The position numbers and the translations under genes were made by a program. A DNA stretch of 59,661 nucleotides, taken from IMG/VR virus record IMGVR_UViG_3300030085_003139, positions 1 through 59,661 of that record; one strand, written 5' to 3'. The stretch comes from a virus (taxonomy: Duplodnaviria; Caudoviricetes). Below, piece after piece: positions 45,401 to 55,738 of the stretch. The notes below the pieces were generated by a model that saw only the letters and a program-made list of their open reading frames with translations, did no database searches and had not been told where the DNA came from. Each line of letters opens with the position of its first letter. Position 1 is the first letter of the stretch.

Positions 45401-45488
45401 CCTATTGGTAGGAATTAAGGGCGGTAAAAAAGTTGGGGTGGATCCGTCTAAATTCGACAAACGAAAAACAAAAACCACGGAAAACTAA
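42483..45488 (+). CDS. Putative internal virion protein with a long hendecad coiled coil
   Basis: 11-residue xxxE[ED]Rxxxxx periodicity over about 220 aa. Confidence 0.6.
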   Translation: MNVPSKFKGFSKLPESVQQKMSPELAEKYNMGGAVMDRPLFRQMGGDVAPVPPAPAMPEAAAEGIMSAEMGMRDKAQMMAQDYLANTEQRLDMAESPEEVINAIRGNDRPVEDRYRELAMYVGEQDAMQTPESVLAMVQPTLMLTEEGALDSGIGDLVKNLAGDIEMETSEGDATAMGGGLGSLMMAGAGNTPPENFSQGGAVRLANGGEVRPYYDARLPIYQEIMGGGDDAKRMSQAQALFAISDAAGRFASGVGAQGQDVRGLSPAAQLAAATTGLGTQLGAIGAQTEQLDRQARLAALTAAESDLAKDKAAALAAANRPIGKMYEALDAKGNIIATQPLSTQSDYDAFQKANPNARIREKVPPKGASMKTMINLNDPTQIIAVDVNNAEDYKSAVGAGFVDLMDAKSIDDFRNPDVQQINLYSKDGVVTFDLSKPKERERYDKLRTQDGYSGDPTLFKTQIAEKSQMKVFKQQEEIKVANQIEAELRARGYRIEDEDRAELKKIAAEERAQGYKLTNDERAERFQIAKEERAKADEIERELRQLDTTLAAEERLLKRTLDAEDREVLREIAAEERALNRTLSAEERAQRYQELKEDRAEERDIAQELRQQGYIEAAEDRDFVRELAREERALERDLSKEERQQKYLISKEEREVARTIEAELRQEGYTVKAEDRAFLRQLAKEERELNKELSAEERKKKYDEYLYNRDRADADTVMYELDDGTTKVVRKGSDEEDAILAAGGAKLVSKTKSDRSLLEDTELMSRYASGDETLDPDTVAQIQRAINDYIKPQPGATVSTPVPPLVENAEKLRSSLGLSTTIRFPPPQPISTADNSALEKFGGAAFGTGAFFRNMVNLGVGLLDINAPAEQTETALTELNTLNESAKIAFRNIVPGRSQEAVNQFATTLPQGKALTGTRQKASKEVQALITLFRREVDKAQQDLTTIVSPSERASAENAILQSEAIIQAYEALLVGIKGGKKVGVDPSKFDKRKTKTTEN

Positions 45489-48400
45489 TGGCAGAAGAGC
45501 AAAAAATAAATACGTCATTTGGTGAAAAAATACCTTTCGAATACGGTCAGGCTCGTAGAGAAGGTTTGACAGACGAAGACATTGCTTCTTATCTAAGCCA
45601 AGAAACAGGCTACGATTTAGACGCAGCGTATGAATCTGGTCTTAGTTCAACCGACGTCATTACTTATCTTGCAGATGTTGAAGACGATCCCACCGCAGCA
45701 ACTTCAAGAGGTCTTTTACGAGGCTTAGGACAAGGTTCAGGCATGGTTACTGGTGGGATGCTAGGCGCCCCCTTCGGACCTGTCGGTATAGTTGGCGGAG
45801 CTTTGACAGGTTTAATCTTTGCCGAAGGTTTAAATTCAATATTTTTAAATGATCAAGAATATACAAACGTTGGCGCAGAAGCTTTTGGAGAGTCAATGGG
45901 TGCAGGTGTTCCAATGGTGGCTGCTCCTTACAGACTAGCCGCGCAACAGCCGTTACAGAGCACCAGTATTTTTATTTCCGATTATCTTAAAAGCAGAGGC
46001 ATACAACCGGGTGTAAGGGTTACACCCGTTGATAAAATTTTAGATACAGCTCGCCGTAGTCCCGGCACCTTCGGTGCATATGAAGTGGGAGCTTTAACAT
46101 CTGCATCAACAGCAGGTGCCTTGGCGGAGCAGTCCGACCCCGGCAATACCCTTAAAAGATTTAGTGCTGAATTGGCTGGTGGTACAGTATTCAATCCTGC
46201 CAACTATGCTACGTTGCTTTATAATCCAATCAAACAATCCATAACAAACTTTATCCGTGGTGGCAGAGAGGGAACAAAACAGCAAAAGTTAGGCTCTCAA
46301 ATTGTAAAAATATTAGAGGATTTCGGAGAAGATCCTGAGCAAGTTGCTAAAGCGCTGGATGATTTAAGCGAAACTGAATTACAAACGCGTGCTAGACAAT
46401 TTAACGTAGAGCCCGGCAAGATAAGATCCGCATTAAAAGCACAAAGTCCTGCTTTAGCCTTATTAAACAATGCTTTAATTAGAAGTAAGCGATCCTCTCC
46501 AAAGGCAAAAAGAGCGGTTGAACAAAATGCTCAAGCAATGAGCACGATTGTAGATCTTTTGGTACAAATGGATGATCCAGACGCTTTAGCCTTAGCTGCC
46601 GAGGTGCAATTACAAAATTACGAGACAACGCTTTCTTCTTTACTCGACTCTGCTCTAGCCGATGCAATGGAAACAGCTAGTAGAACCTTATCGACTCCAG
46701 AAGATGACGGAGCAAAGGCTGGTCAAATCATCAGCGACAGCATTAGTCGTGTAATGAAATTGGCAAGGGAACAAGAAAAAGCTCTTTACAAAAAAGTAGA
46801 TCAAAGAGGCAATGCAAATCCAATAAATATTGTCCAAACATTTGACCGAATTACAGAAAGGGAGGTTTTACCCGAAGAGCCGCTGCCTTCTTTAATTACG
46901 AAGTTTGTTGCTCGTGTGTCTGGTAGAGATATAGATCAAATTGACGATTACACAAAAAGGTATAATGAGAGCAAGGATGACATCAAAGCCCTGCAAGATC
47001 GTGCCGCTAAATTAGGACAGGTGGCGGAAGATTGGGGACAAAAGTACCGTCATACTCAACCCGAAGTTGAAAACCGTTTAATTGGAAATTTCCTTAATAG
47101 ACAGGATAATGACTTGGTAAAAGTCATTAACGAGATGAAAGAAATGGATACTGCTCCTTGGGATGATTTAATTAGGGAGCTTTCAAATACGTCAGCAAGA
47201 TATCGCGAAAAAGGTTATTTCGGTCGTGAAGAACGCTATGGGTTTGAGTATTCGGCAATAGAGCGTAATCGAATAGCGTCATACGCAGAAAAAATGATTG
47301 ACTACGCCCAAGCTTTAAAAAAAGTGCAGGAGGCAAGGCTTCAACAGAGAGTAGACTTTGATCTTGAACAGAAGATGGACGGAGATTTTCGGCCTAAAAC
47401 TCAAATTTTAGAAGCAAACCGCCCAGATGTAACCGTCGGAGATCTAATGAAGTTTAGAAGCACGATGTTAGCTTACACACGAGACTCAATTGCTGCGGGA
47501 CAATATAGAAACGCATTCTTTTATGGCAAAATGGCAGAAGCGGCTTTGGACGATTTAGGTTTAACTATAACTCCCATGTTCGGGTCATTCGCAACAAGAG
47601 AACGTGCTGCAAATGAGATGTTGACGGAAAATCAACAAAGATTAAAAGACGCTTTTAATTATAGCAAAGCCTTAAATGATGTTTTTACAAGAAGTTTTGC
47701 TGGCAGTGTCTTGTCAAAAAAAGGAACAGGAAGCGATAGGATACCTCCAGAGCTTCTTAAAGACAAAGTGTTGGGCGGTAGCGTCAACTCAACCAATCTA
47801 AATTTATTACAACTACAGGATGCGGCGGAATTTTTAGTTAAAAATGTTGGTGAAGAATTTGCGGAAACGTCTGCGGCGGAGCTCGGAACGGTGCTCGCGG
47901 CTCAAGAAACAATGCTTAGAAGCGCTGTCTCTCGATTCTATAATCCACAGACTGACCGCGTTAATATGGCTGGTTTGACAACTTGGATGAACCAGAATGA
48001 TGCCGCTTTATCACGGTTTCCTACGCTAAAAGAAGAACTTGGCAATGCTGTAGTAGCGCAAAAAATCTTAGCGGATACAAAAAAAGAAAACAGCTTGTTT
48101 AATAAAAACCTTAAAGATCAACTTTCTTTTGGAAAGTTTCTTGGTCAAGACGAACGACCCGGCGATGTAATAGGTGAGATCATTGGGGATCCAAACAACA
48201 GAACAGCCACGCCCTCAAAAAATATGAATGCTTTGATGGTGGCTTCAAGACGAGCAGGCGATGATGTTTTTAGAGGATTGCGATCTGCAATCATGGATCA
48301 TGCCTACGCTTATTCAGGCTTGCACAAAGGTGAGGGCGAGGGTAGCTTAATAGCTTACAAGGACTACTTCACAAAGCCCTTGGCTCGCGGCAAAGACTCG

Positions 48401-49162
48401 TTGCTTACCATGATGCGCAAGCAAGGGATGTTTTCAGATAGCGAAGCCACACGATTTAATACTTTGTTAAATGAAATGGCCTTCGTTGAAAGAAATTTAC
48501 AAAGTGGAAAAGCAGCAGAACTTGCGCCTGAAGATGTGCCAGATAGTCTACGAGATCTTGTTGTTCGTGTAATTGGTGCAAGAACTGGTTCGCAAGTAGC
48601 ACAAACCTTGGGCATGACTGGATCCATCCAAGTGCCGGGTTTCTTTGCGCAAGAAGCTCGAAACCGTTTTATTTATATGCCAAAGAAATATATGGGCGAC
48701 CTGTTGGTGCAAGCCGCAGAAGATCCGAAGCTTATGTCTTTAATCATTGCCCGTGGCGTTGAGGGTCAAACAAACAATCAAAAGATGCGTTTAAACCGTC
48801 AGTTGCGCGGCTATTTATACAATGCTGGTTTTGTTCCATCCCGTGAGGAAATAGAGGAAAACATGGGCGAGTTTAACATGCCTAGCCTTAATCTTGTACC
48901 AATGGCCGAGGCTTCTGAAATGCCCTCCCAGCAAGAACTTGAAAACTATTTATCTTCGGTGTCCAATCAACCCCCCCAGACGGCGCCGATTAAGCCTGTA
49001 CCACCCCAGCCATCTCCTCCCGTGGCTAACCCCAGTGGTACAGGCAATAACAACCAGAGAACGCAATACTCAACGGTTTTTCCGAATGATCCAATTGCGA
49101 ACTTAATCAAAGAACGAGAACAAGGTACAAAAGCAGGTATCGGTTCTTTGTTTGGTAACTAA
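45488..49162 (+). CDS. Large internal virion/ejection protein
   Basis: 1224 aa, helical, last gene of the structural operon. Confidence 0.6.
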   Translation: MAEEQKINTSFGEKIPFEYGQARREGLTDEDIASYLSQETGYDLDAAYESGLSSTDVITYLADVEDDPTAATSRGLLRGLGQGSGMVTGGMLGAPFGPVGIVGGALTGLIFAEGLNSIFLNDQEYTNVGAEAFGESMGAGVPMVAAPYRLAAQQPLQSTSIFISDYLKSRGIQPGVRVTPVDKILDTARRSPGTFGAYEVGALTSASTAGALAEQSDPGNTLKRFSAELAGGTVFNPANYATLLYNPIKQSITNFIRGGREGTKQQKLGSQIVKILEDFGEDPEQVAKALDDLSETELQTRARQFNVEPGKIRSALKAQSPALALLNNALIRSKRSSPKAKRAVEQNAQAMSTIVDLLVQMDDPDALALAAEVQLQNYETTLSSLLDSALADAMETASRTLSTPEDDGAKAGQIISDSISRVMKLAREQEKALYKKVDQRGNANPINIVQTFDRITEREVLPEEPLPSLITKFVARVSGRDIDQIDDYTKRYNESKDDIKALQDRAAKLGQVAEDWGQKYRHTQPEVENRLIGNFLNRQDNDLVKVINEMKEMDTAPWDDLIRELSNTSARYREKGYFGREERYGFEYSAIERNRIASYAEKMIDYAQALKKVQEARLQQRVDFDLEQKMDGDFRPKTQILEANRPDVTVGDLMKFRSTMLAYTRDSIAAGQYRNAFFYGKMAEAALDDLGLTITPMFGSFATRERAANEMLTENQQRLKDAFNYSKALNDVFTRSFAGSVLSKKGTGSDRIPPELLKDKVLGGSVNSTNLNLLQLQDAAEFLVKNVGEEFAETSAAELGTVLAAQETMLRSAVSRFYNPQTDRVNMAGLTTWMNQNDAALSRFPTLKEELGNAVVAQKILADTKKENSLFNKNLKDQLSFGKFLGQDERPGDVIGEIIGDPNNRTATPSKNMNALMVASRRAGDDVFRGLRSAIMDHAYAYSGLHKGEGEGSLIAYKDYFTKPLARGKDSLLTMMRKQGMFSDSEATRFNTLLNEMAFVERNLQSGKAAELAPEDVPDSLRDLVVRVIGARTGSQVAQTLGMTGSIQVPGFFAQEARNRFIYMPKKYMGDLLVQAAEDPKLMSLIIARGVEGQTNNQKMRLNRQLRGYLYNAGFVPSREEIEENMGEFNMPSLNLVPMAEASEMPSQQELENYLSSVSNQPPQTAPIKPVPPQPSPPVANPSGTGNNNQRTQYSTVFPNDPIANLIKEREQGTKAGIGSLFGN

Positions 49163-50610
49163 AGTAACCACTGCTTTGCTTCTTCACCTAGTACGCGGCC
49201 AGCAAGATTAATCTTGTTACGAAGCGCCTGTATTATCTTTTCGTCGATTGTTTTCTCTGCAAGCAAATCAATGTACGTTACAGGCTTTTCCTGTCCTATT
49301 CTGTGGGCTCGGTCTTCAGATTGAAGTCGTATCTCCAAATCGTAGCTGTTGCTAAAGTATATCATGGTGTTGGCAGCAGTCAGGGTAATGCCATATCCGC
49401 CTGTCTTTGGTTGCCCGACAAAGAAACGCAAGGGATTGTTTTCGTCCTGAAACGTATTCACAATCTGCTGGCGTTCGCTTTGCAACGTTTCTCCATAGTA
49501 GCAAGCCGCAGCGTCATCGCCGTATTTTTTCTTTAATGCATTTGTGATTTCCACAATGTCGTGCGACCACGTTGCCCAGATAATAGCTTTGCCGTTTACT
49601 TCTTCCACAACGTCTAACAGATCGTTCAATCGGTTGCTTTTTAAATTAAGCATTTCACCTTCGTCTGTTTTAAGGTGCCCACAAGTAATTTGCTGCAAGC
49701 GCATAATCTGAGTCAGTACGCTTTGTGTTGTTGTGAGCTCGCCGTTTTCTAGCAATACAAGCGCATGTTTTTTCATTTGATCGTATGCTTTGCGCTGCTC
49801 CAAAGATAGCTGGACGGTACGTGCCTGATATACTTTTTTCGGCAAATCTAGACAGTCTTCTTTAAGGACGCGCGTGCTAATGGGCTCCAGCTTCTCTGTA
49901 AGCTCGTCTAAGCGCCGATAACCAACTACTTCGTTAAATGACCTAGCTCCCATCGTTCGCTTCTGTATGACCGCGTAGCGGCTCTGGTAGGCAAAGAAGG
50001 AATTAAACCCCAAACACTTTTCGGCTAGAAAATCACATTGACTGAACAAATCCATAGGGCTTTTTGTAATGGGCGAGCCCGTCAAAATTCTACGGTATTT
50101 ACAAAGCCTGCCACATTTAATGATGTTCTTGGTTCTTTGTGCCTGCCTGTTCTTTATGGTTGTGCTTTCGTCAACAATCATAATGCTTTTGGGATTAAGC
50201 TTGAGGAAATCCATAGCAGTTTCGGCGCCCTTGCCAGATGAAAAGGCTTCGACATTCATTACAAACAGGTGCAAGGTCTCTGGCTCACGGAACTTGGGTA
50301 TTGCAAAATCTTTGAGCTCTTGGAGAAACTTTTTCGATACATTTGGTTGCCATCGCAGTATCTTATGTTTGATTCGGTCAGGCAGGTGCGTTGGTATTTC
50401 GCCCTGTATCCAGTTGTCATAAACTCCTTTTGGCGCCAGTATTAAAGCAGTATCTATTTCTCCTGCTTCGAACAATGCGGCTATAGTATCAATGGCTACT
50501 TTAGACTTTCCTGTACCCATTTCCATAAATAAAGCGTAGTATTCTTTCCGCCAAGATTCTTTCCACGCTTGCCTTTGGTGCTCGTATGGTTCAGTCTTAA
50601 ATTCGTACAT
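49159..50610 (-). CDS. SNF2-family helicase
   Basis: MEMGTGKS, VDES, LTGSP, GITLTAA, QSEDRAHRIGQ. Confidence 0.92.
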   Translation of the reverse strand: MYEFKTEPYEHQRQAWKESWRKEYYALFMEMGTGKSKVAIDTIAALFEAGEIDTALILAPKGVYDNWIQGEIPTHLPDRIKHKILRWQPNVSKKFLQELKDFAIPKFREPETLHLFVMNVEAFSSGKGAETAMDFLKLNPKSIMIVDESTTIKNRQAQRTKNIIKCGRLCKYRRILTGSPITKSPMDLFSQCDFLAEKCLGFNSFFAYQSRYAVIQKRTMGARSFNEVVGYRRLDELTEKLEPISTRVLKEDCLDLPKKVYQARTVQLSLEQRKAYDQMKKHALVLLENGELTTTQSVLTQIMRLQQITCGHLKTDEGEMLNLKSNRLNDLLDVVEEVNGKAIIWATWSHDIVEITNALKKKYGDDAAACYYGETLQSERQQIVNTFQDENNPLRFFVGQPKTGGYGITLTAANTMIYFSNSYDLEIRLQSEDRAHRIGQEKPVTYIDLLAEKTIDEKIIQALRNKINLAGRVLGEEAKQWLL

Positions 50611-50622
50611 GGTCTTTTTCTC

Positions 50623-50663
50623 CTTGACACCTTACGATATATAGAAATATATAAGATGGCAAG
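50623..50663. promoter_or_regulatory. Divergent promoters with a TATAAGAT box
   Basis: TTGACA on plus; TTGCCA-N17-TATCGT on minus. Confidence 0.65.
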
Positions 50664-50716
50664 AGGCTACAAACCTCTTTAATAACGAAACATGAAACAC
50701 GGAACACGGAGCTTAC

Positions 50717-51289
50717 ATGAGTAGCATTCTTAGTTTAATGGAAGACGATGCGTCTTCAAACAGCGTTGAAACCGTATCTGGTGAAGGGCTGAAATCAGTT
50801 GCAGAGATAGCAACAAGAATTCGGGAAACCGAGGAAGAGATCGAAAAGATCGACACATACCTTAAAGAAAAGAAGAAAGAGTTACTGAAGTTAACGGACG
50901 AAGATATGCCGTCAATGCTGACAGAACTCGGAGTATCTTCTTTTACATTAGCAGATGGGGCAAAGGTTGAAGTGAAGCCCTTGTACGGAGCTGCTATACC
51001 CTCAGCAAAGAAAGAAGAAGCTTTCGAATGGCTGCGGGAAAACAACCATGCAGACATTATTAAGAACGTAGTGTCGTGCAGTTTTGGTAGAGGCGAAGAT
51101 AAAAAAGCCGCAGAGCTTTTATCTGACATGAGCAAGAAGGGCTTAGTGCCCGAACAAAAAGAAGGCGTGCACAGTGCTACCTTACGAGGGTGGGTGCGTG
51201 AGCGTGTAGAAAATGGGGACTCTTTCCCTATGGATTTATTTGGTGCTTTTGTAGGAGAGCGCGCAGTTATTAAGAAAGGAAAAGTATAA
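50717..51289 (+). CDS. Conserved replication-module protein
   Basis: AFEWLRENNHADIIKN, VHSATLRGWVRE. Confidence 0.65.
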   Translation: MSSILSLMEDDASSNSVETVSGEGLKSVAEIATRIRETEEEIEKIDTYLKEKKKELLKLTDEDMPSMLTELGVSSFTLADGAKVEVKPLYGAAIPSAKKEEAFEWLRENNHADIIKNVVSCSFGRGEDKKAAELLSDMSKKGLVPEQKEGVHSATLRGWVRERVENGDSFPMDLFGAFVGERAVIKKGKV

Positions 51290-52065
51290 TGGCTGGCAAG
51301 GAAGTAGCAACAAAAGGCAAAACAGAAGTAGCGGCATTTGACATGTCAATCTTTGAAGCGGACGCAGGCGTTGGTAATGAAAACATTACGCAAGACGATC
51401 TTGCCCTTCCGTTTCTAAAAATACTGTCTGGCCTAGATCCTTTACTTGACGAGCTCGAAGATGCTCGCAAGGGGGACATCTATAACACTGTAACAGGCGA
51501 ACTGTTTTCAGGCAAAGACGGTGTGAAGGTCATACCGTGTGCGTACCAGCGTAGGTTCATTGAATGGGCTCCGCGAGGCACGGGCACTGGCGCACCAGTC
51601 AATATCTTTACGCCAGATGAAAAACGTCCAGAGACAGAGCGTTCGAAAGACGACAATCGCGACTACGTTAAAGGTGGTGATGGGACATATATTGAAGACA
51701 CTCATCAGCATTTTGTTTTGGTTATGGACAAGGACGGGACTGCACAGCCAGCTTTGATTGCAATGAAATCAACGCAGCTCAAGAAGTCTCGTAAATGGAA
51801 CTCTATGGTTCAGGGTCGCATGGCCACAGGCAAAGACGGTAGGCCGTTTCAAATGCCTCGGTTTAGTCACGTGTATAGCCTGAAGTCTGTTAAGGAAGAA
51901 AACAGCAAGGGCGCATGGCACGGCTGGGACATTGCTTTAGACAAGCAAGTGGACGACGTATCTGTCTACGGGCAAGCAAAACAGTTTGCTCAATCTATTC
52001 AAGCGGGTGATGTAAACGTTAAACATTCTCAAGACGACGAAAACAGCGGCGAAGTTCCGTTCTAA
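51289..52065 (+). CDS. Putative ssDNA-binding/annealing protein
   Basis: DLALPFLKIL; acidic tail ending EVPF; upstream of primase. Confidence 0.5.
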   Translation: MAGKEVATKGKTEVAAFDMSIFEADAGVGNENITQDDLALPFLKILSGLDPLLDELEDARKGDIYNTVTGELFSGKDGVKVIPCAYQRRFIEWAPRGTGTGAPVNIFTPDEKRPETERSKDDNRDYVKGGDGTYIEDTHQHFVLVMDKDGTAQPALIAMKSTQLKKSRKWNSMVQGRMATGKDGRPFQMPRFSHVYSLKSVKEENSKGAWHGWDIALDKQVDDVSVYGQAKQFAQSIQAGDVNVKHSQDDENSGEVPF

Positions 52066-52117
52066 AATTAAATTGGGTCGCACTTAGTTGCGACCCTAAT
52101 TGTCTCTTGAGGTTAAA

Positions 52118-53656
52118 ATGTCTGACGCAAAAAAGTTTGCCGAAATATTTGACGGCCTAAAGCAAGCCTTTGGTACATACAAAGTCAACAAGCAACAGGC
52201 AAACGGCAAAAATACAGGGAAAGCCACGGTAGTTCGTGAGGAGCGGACAACAGAGCTTTGGGAAGGCCACTTGTCTGGCAAAGGCCAAAGCGTTGGTATC
52301 ATTCCTATCAACGAGGAAAACAAAGTTAAGTGGGGTTGTATTGACGTCGATCAATATCCGCTTGACCACAAAAAAATTATTGAGCGGGTTCGAAAGATTA
52401 AACTGCCCCTGATTGTATGCCGATCTAAATCAGGCGGCGCCCACCTGTTTATCTTTGTAGATGACTGGGTGCCAGCCAGAGAAATGCAGGACGTGCTAAA
52501 TCATATGTCTGCGGCTCTTGGATATGGTGGATCAGAGGTATTTCCAAAACAAGTTAAGTTGTTTCTGGATCGAGGCGACGTAGGGAACTTCCTGAACTTA
52601 CCCTATTATGATCAGGAAATGGGCTTGCGATACGCCTTCAACGACGATGGATCTGCGGCTAGTCTGGAAGACTTCTTTAAGCTGCATGAGAAGTATGTAC
52701 AAACACGCGAGCAACTGCTTGCGCTAACAGTAGAAGAGAAGCCTGATGAGATACTACCAGACGGACCGCCCTGCCTACAGCTTTTAGCTAAGCAGCGTAT
52801 TTCGGAAGGTGGACGTAACAACGGCCTGTTTAATCTGGGTGTTTATCTGCGCAAAGCATATCCTGATAGCTGGGAGTCGGAGATACTGACTTACAACATG
52901 CAGTATCTGGATCCGCCATTGCCGTTAAGCGAAGTCAACATTGTTGCCAAACAGCTTCTAAAGAAAGACTACGCATACAAATGTAAAGACGCGCCCATCA
53001 ACAGCTATTGTAACGCGGAACTATGCAGAACTAGGAAACACGGCATAGGAGCCGCTGTAGCAGGGGCTACAATCGCGAACTTGCGTAAGTACAACTCTAT
53101 CCCCCCTGTATGGTTTATGGACGTCAACGGAGAGCCTCTGGAGCTCGACACAGAAGCCTTGATGAACCAGACACAGTTTCAGCGTGCTTGCGTAGAGCAA
53201 TTGAACCACCTACCGCGAACCGCGCGCAAGGAACAATGGGAAGCTCGGATCAATCAGTTGCTGATGGATATGACAGAAACAGAGGGCGCCATTGTTGAAG
53301 TGTCTGAAGATGCGTCCATCGACGGCCAGTTCTACGATTATCTGGAAGAGTTCTGTACAACAATGCAGCAAGCCGAAGTGCGGGAAGAAATACTGTTGCG
53401 CCGACCTTTTACAGATGACGACGAAGGCCGCACGTATTTTAGATTGAAAGACTTCGAAGCGCATTTGCGTAAGAACAAATTCTTTGAGTACAAGTCCCAC
53501 AAGATTGCCCAGCGCTTACGGGATCGCAATGGCGAAAGCACTGTCGTAAAAATCAAAGGCAAAGCCGTGCGGGTTTGGGTTATTCCCTCTTTTGAAAATG
53601 TAGCGGTGGTCATGGATACGCCTGACTTCGGAGAAAGCAATGAGGCGCCGTTCTAA
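52118..53656 (+). CDS. Primase (AEP/prim-pol type with PriCT-like domain)
   Basis: WGCIDVD, RSKSGGAHLF, GNFLNLPY, EGGRNNGLF. Confidence 0.8.
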   Translation: MSDAKKFAEIFDGLKQAFGTYKVNKQQANGKNTGKATVVREERTTELWEGHLSGKGQSVGIIPINEENKVKWGCIDVDQYPLDHKKIIERVRKIKLPLIVCRSKSGGAHLFIFVDDWVPAREMQDVLNHMSAALGYGGSEVFPKQVKLFLDRGDVGNFLNLPYYDQEMGLRYAFNDDGSAASLEDFFKLHEKYVQTREQLLALTVEEKPDEILPDGPPCLQLLAKQRISEGGRNNGLFNLGVYLRKAYPDSWESEILTYNMQYLDPPLPLSEVNIVAKQLLKKDYAYKCKDAPINSYCNAELCRTRKHGIGAAVAGATIANLRKYNSIPPVWFMDVNGEPLELDTEALMNQTQFQRACVEQLNHLPRTARKEQWEARINQLLMDMTETEGAIVEVSEDASIDGQFYDYLEEFCTTMQQAEVREEILLRRPFTDDDEGRTYFRLKDFEAHLRKNKFFEYKSHKIAQRLRDRNGESTVVKIKGKAVRVWVIPSFENVAVVMDTPDFGESNEAPF

Positions 53657-55164
53657 TGTTTCGTATATTCGGGCCGCCGGGCACAGGCAAAACAACAACC
53701 CTGCTTAACATGGTGGATACAGCTATCCAAGAAGGCACGGATCCAAGCAACATTGCGTTCCTAGCGTTTACCAGAAAAGCTGCGTATGAGGCCAAGGAAC
53801 GCGCCGCACGGCGCTTTGACCTGAACCCTGACAAAGACTTGCCGTACTTTAGGACGCTGCACTCTTTGGCCTACATGATGTTAGGGCTCAAAGAAAGCCA
53901 GCTCATGCAAAGGGAACACTTCGATGAGTTGTCTAATAAAATCGGCATAACCCTTACGGTTAGATCAGCCGTGCTCGACGAAGATGATGTTGGCCTGATA
54001 ACCTCAGACCACCCCATCATAGGGCTCATCAATCTGGCGCGACTCAAAAAGACAACCTTGAGGACAGAGTACAATCGTAGCGATATAGAAGAAGAGTGGA
54101 TGACGGTAGATTACGTCAACCGCGCTTATCACGACTACAAGAAAGCACATGGTCTAATCGACTATACCGATATGCTGGTGGAGTTTGTAGACAACGCTGT
54201 AAACTACTGCCCAGAGTTTGACCTATGCTTTATGGACGAAGCGCAGGATTTGTCCCCGTTACAGTGGGACATTGCTCATGCCTTAGATAAGAGGGCAAAG
54301 AGCATGTACGCTGCGGGGGACGATGATCAGGCGATTTATAAATGGGCAGGCGCCGACGTAGATCATTTTATAGAATTGCAAAGCGGTTCAGAAGTGCTTG
54401 AGCAATCTTATCGTATCCCCGCAGAGGTGCATAAAGTAGCCGCGCGCATATCCAGCCGAATTCAAAACAGGTTTCCAAAGAAGTATCTGCCCCGAAAAGA
54501 AACAGGCAAAGTCCAACGCATTTACAGCATTTCAGAAATTGATATGTCCGAAGGGGATTGGCTCATAATGGCGCAAGCGAACTACATGCTATCCAGCGTA
54601 GCAACGCAGCTCAAGTACGACGGCTATCTGTTCGAACGCAACGGCCACCGATCCATATCTGAAAAGATAAGCACGGCGGTAAATGGTTGGGAGCGCCTAC
54701 GCAAAGGGCATCAAATTGATTGCAACACGGCTCAGGCAATATACGATTATATGACGGGCAACGGCGTGCGCATTGCACGAGGCTTCAAGCGGTTTAGTGA
54801 ACACGATAAAGACAAGTCCTTTGATCTGCCAACCCTGCAACTACAGTATGGGCTCGGAGCTGACGATACCATGATCTGGCACGAAGCAATGGATAAACTG
54901 CCCGTGGTGGATCAGATATACATCACATCGCTGTTGCGCAGGAGAGAAAAGTTTAATGCCGTGCCCCGCATAAGATTATCCACAATCCACGGGGCAAAAG
55001 GTGGAGAAGCGGACAACGTAGTTTTGTTTACCGATTTATCTACTGCCGCATTGAAAGAACGAGGGGACGACATTCATCGTGTCTTTTACGTGGCTGTAAC
55101 AAGAACGAGACAAAATTTATACATCGTTGAACCCGAAGACGTATTAAGGAGTTATACAATATGA
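53656..55164 (+). CDS. UvrD/Rep-like SF1 helicase
   Basis: GPPGTGKT, DEAQD, GDDDQAIY, TIHGAKGGE, YVAVTR. Confidence 0.92.
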   Translation: MFRIFGPPGTGKTTTLLNMVDTAIQEGTDPSNIAFLAFTRKAAYEAKERAARRFDLNPDKDLPYFRTLHSLAYMMLGLKESQLMQREHFDELSNKIGITLTVRSAVLDEDDVGLITSDHPIIGLINLARLKKTTLRTEYNRSDIEEEWMTVDYVNRAYHDYKKAHGLIDYTDMLVEFVDNAVNYCPEFDLCFMDEAQDLSPLQWDIAHALDKRAKSMYAAGDDDQAIYKWAGADVDHFIELQSGSEVLEQSYRIPAEVHKVAARISSRIQNRFPKKYLPRKETGKVQRIYSISEIDMSEGDWLIMAQANYMLSSVATQLKYDGYLFERNGHRSISEKISTAVNGWERLRKGHQIDCNTAQAIYDYMTGNGVRIARGFKRFSEHDKDKSFDLPTLQLQYGLGADDTMIWHEAMDKLPVVDQIYITSLLRRREKFNAVPRIRLSTIHGAKGGEADNVVLFTDLSTAALKERGDDIHRVFYVAVTRTRQNLYIVEPEDVLRSYTI

Positions 55165-55403
55165 AGAAAAAAGAAAAAAAGGGTGGCCATTATACAGTGC
55201 AAATGGAGGACGGATCGATTTGCACTTTGCAGCATTGGATGGATGGAACGTCTACTTTAGAGGTTACAAAGTTAGGTAAGGAAGGAAAAAAAGTTGTCCC
55301 TGTAACAGAAGTACACGAATGGACTACTCCGCAACGAGAAGAAAGAATTGAAGATTACGAATTAAGTATTCAATCAGGAAAAATAACGGTGGTGGAAAAA
55401 TGA
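55161..55403 (+). CDS. Hypothetical protein
   Basis: ATGA overlaps on both sides. Confidence 0.6.
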   Translation: MKKKEKKGGHYTVQMEDGSICTLQHWMDGTSTLEVTKLGKEGKKVVPVTEVHEWTTPQREERIEDYELSIQSGKITVVEK

Positions 55404-55738
55404 GACGTGAACAAGTTTTAAAGCAAGCAGACAATCTTGTGAACGGCGATCGGGCAAAAGATTATGGCGATGCGTTTGAAAACCATGAGCGCATTGCTGA
55501 CGGTTGGAACCTCATTATAAGTTCCGCCCTTTTAAATCATGGTAAAATAACCCCTGCACACGTTGCACTAATGATGGACTGGGTCAAAACCAGTCGGTTG
55601 TTAGAAACTATAGACCACATGGACTCATGGATAGACAAGTGCGGGTATTCTGCGTTGGGCGCAGAGTTTACAAAAAATCAAAGAGAGCAGGATGAAAACA
55701 ACAAAAATGCAATTTCCACTATTCACGCCAAAAACTGA
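55400..55738 (+). CDS. DUF6378-like protein
   Basis: GDRAKDYGDAFEN..RIA..W...DSWIDKCGY. Confidence 0.7.
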   Translation: MRREQVLKQADNLVNGDRAKDYGDAFENHERIADGWNLIISSALLNHGKITPAHVALMMDWVKTSRLLETIDHMDSWIDKCGYSALGAEFTKNQREQDENNKNAISTIHAKN

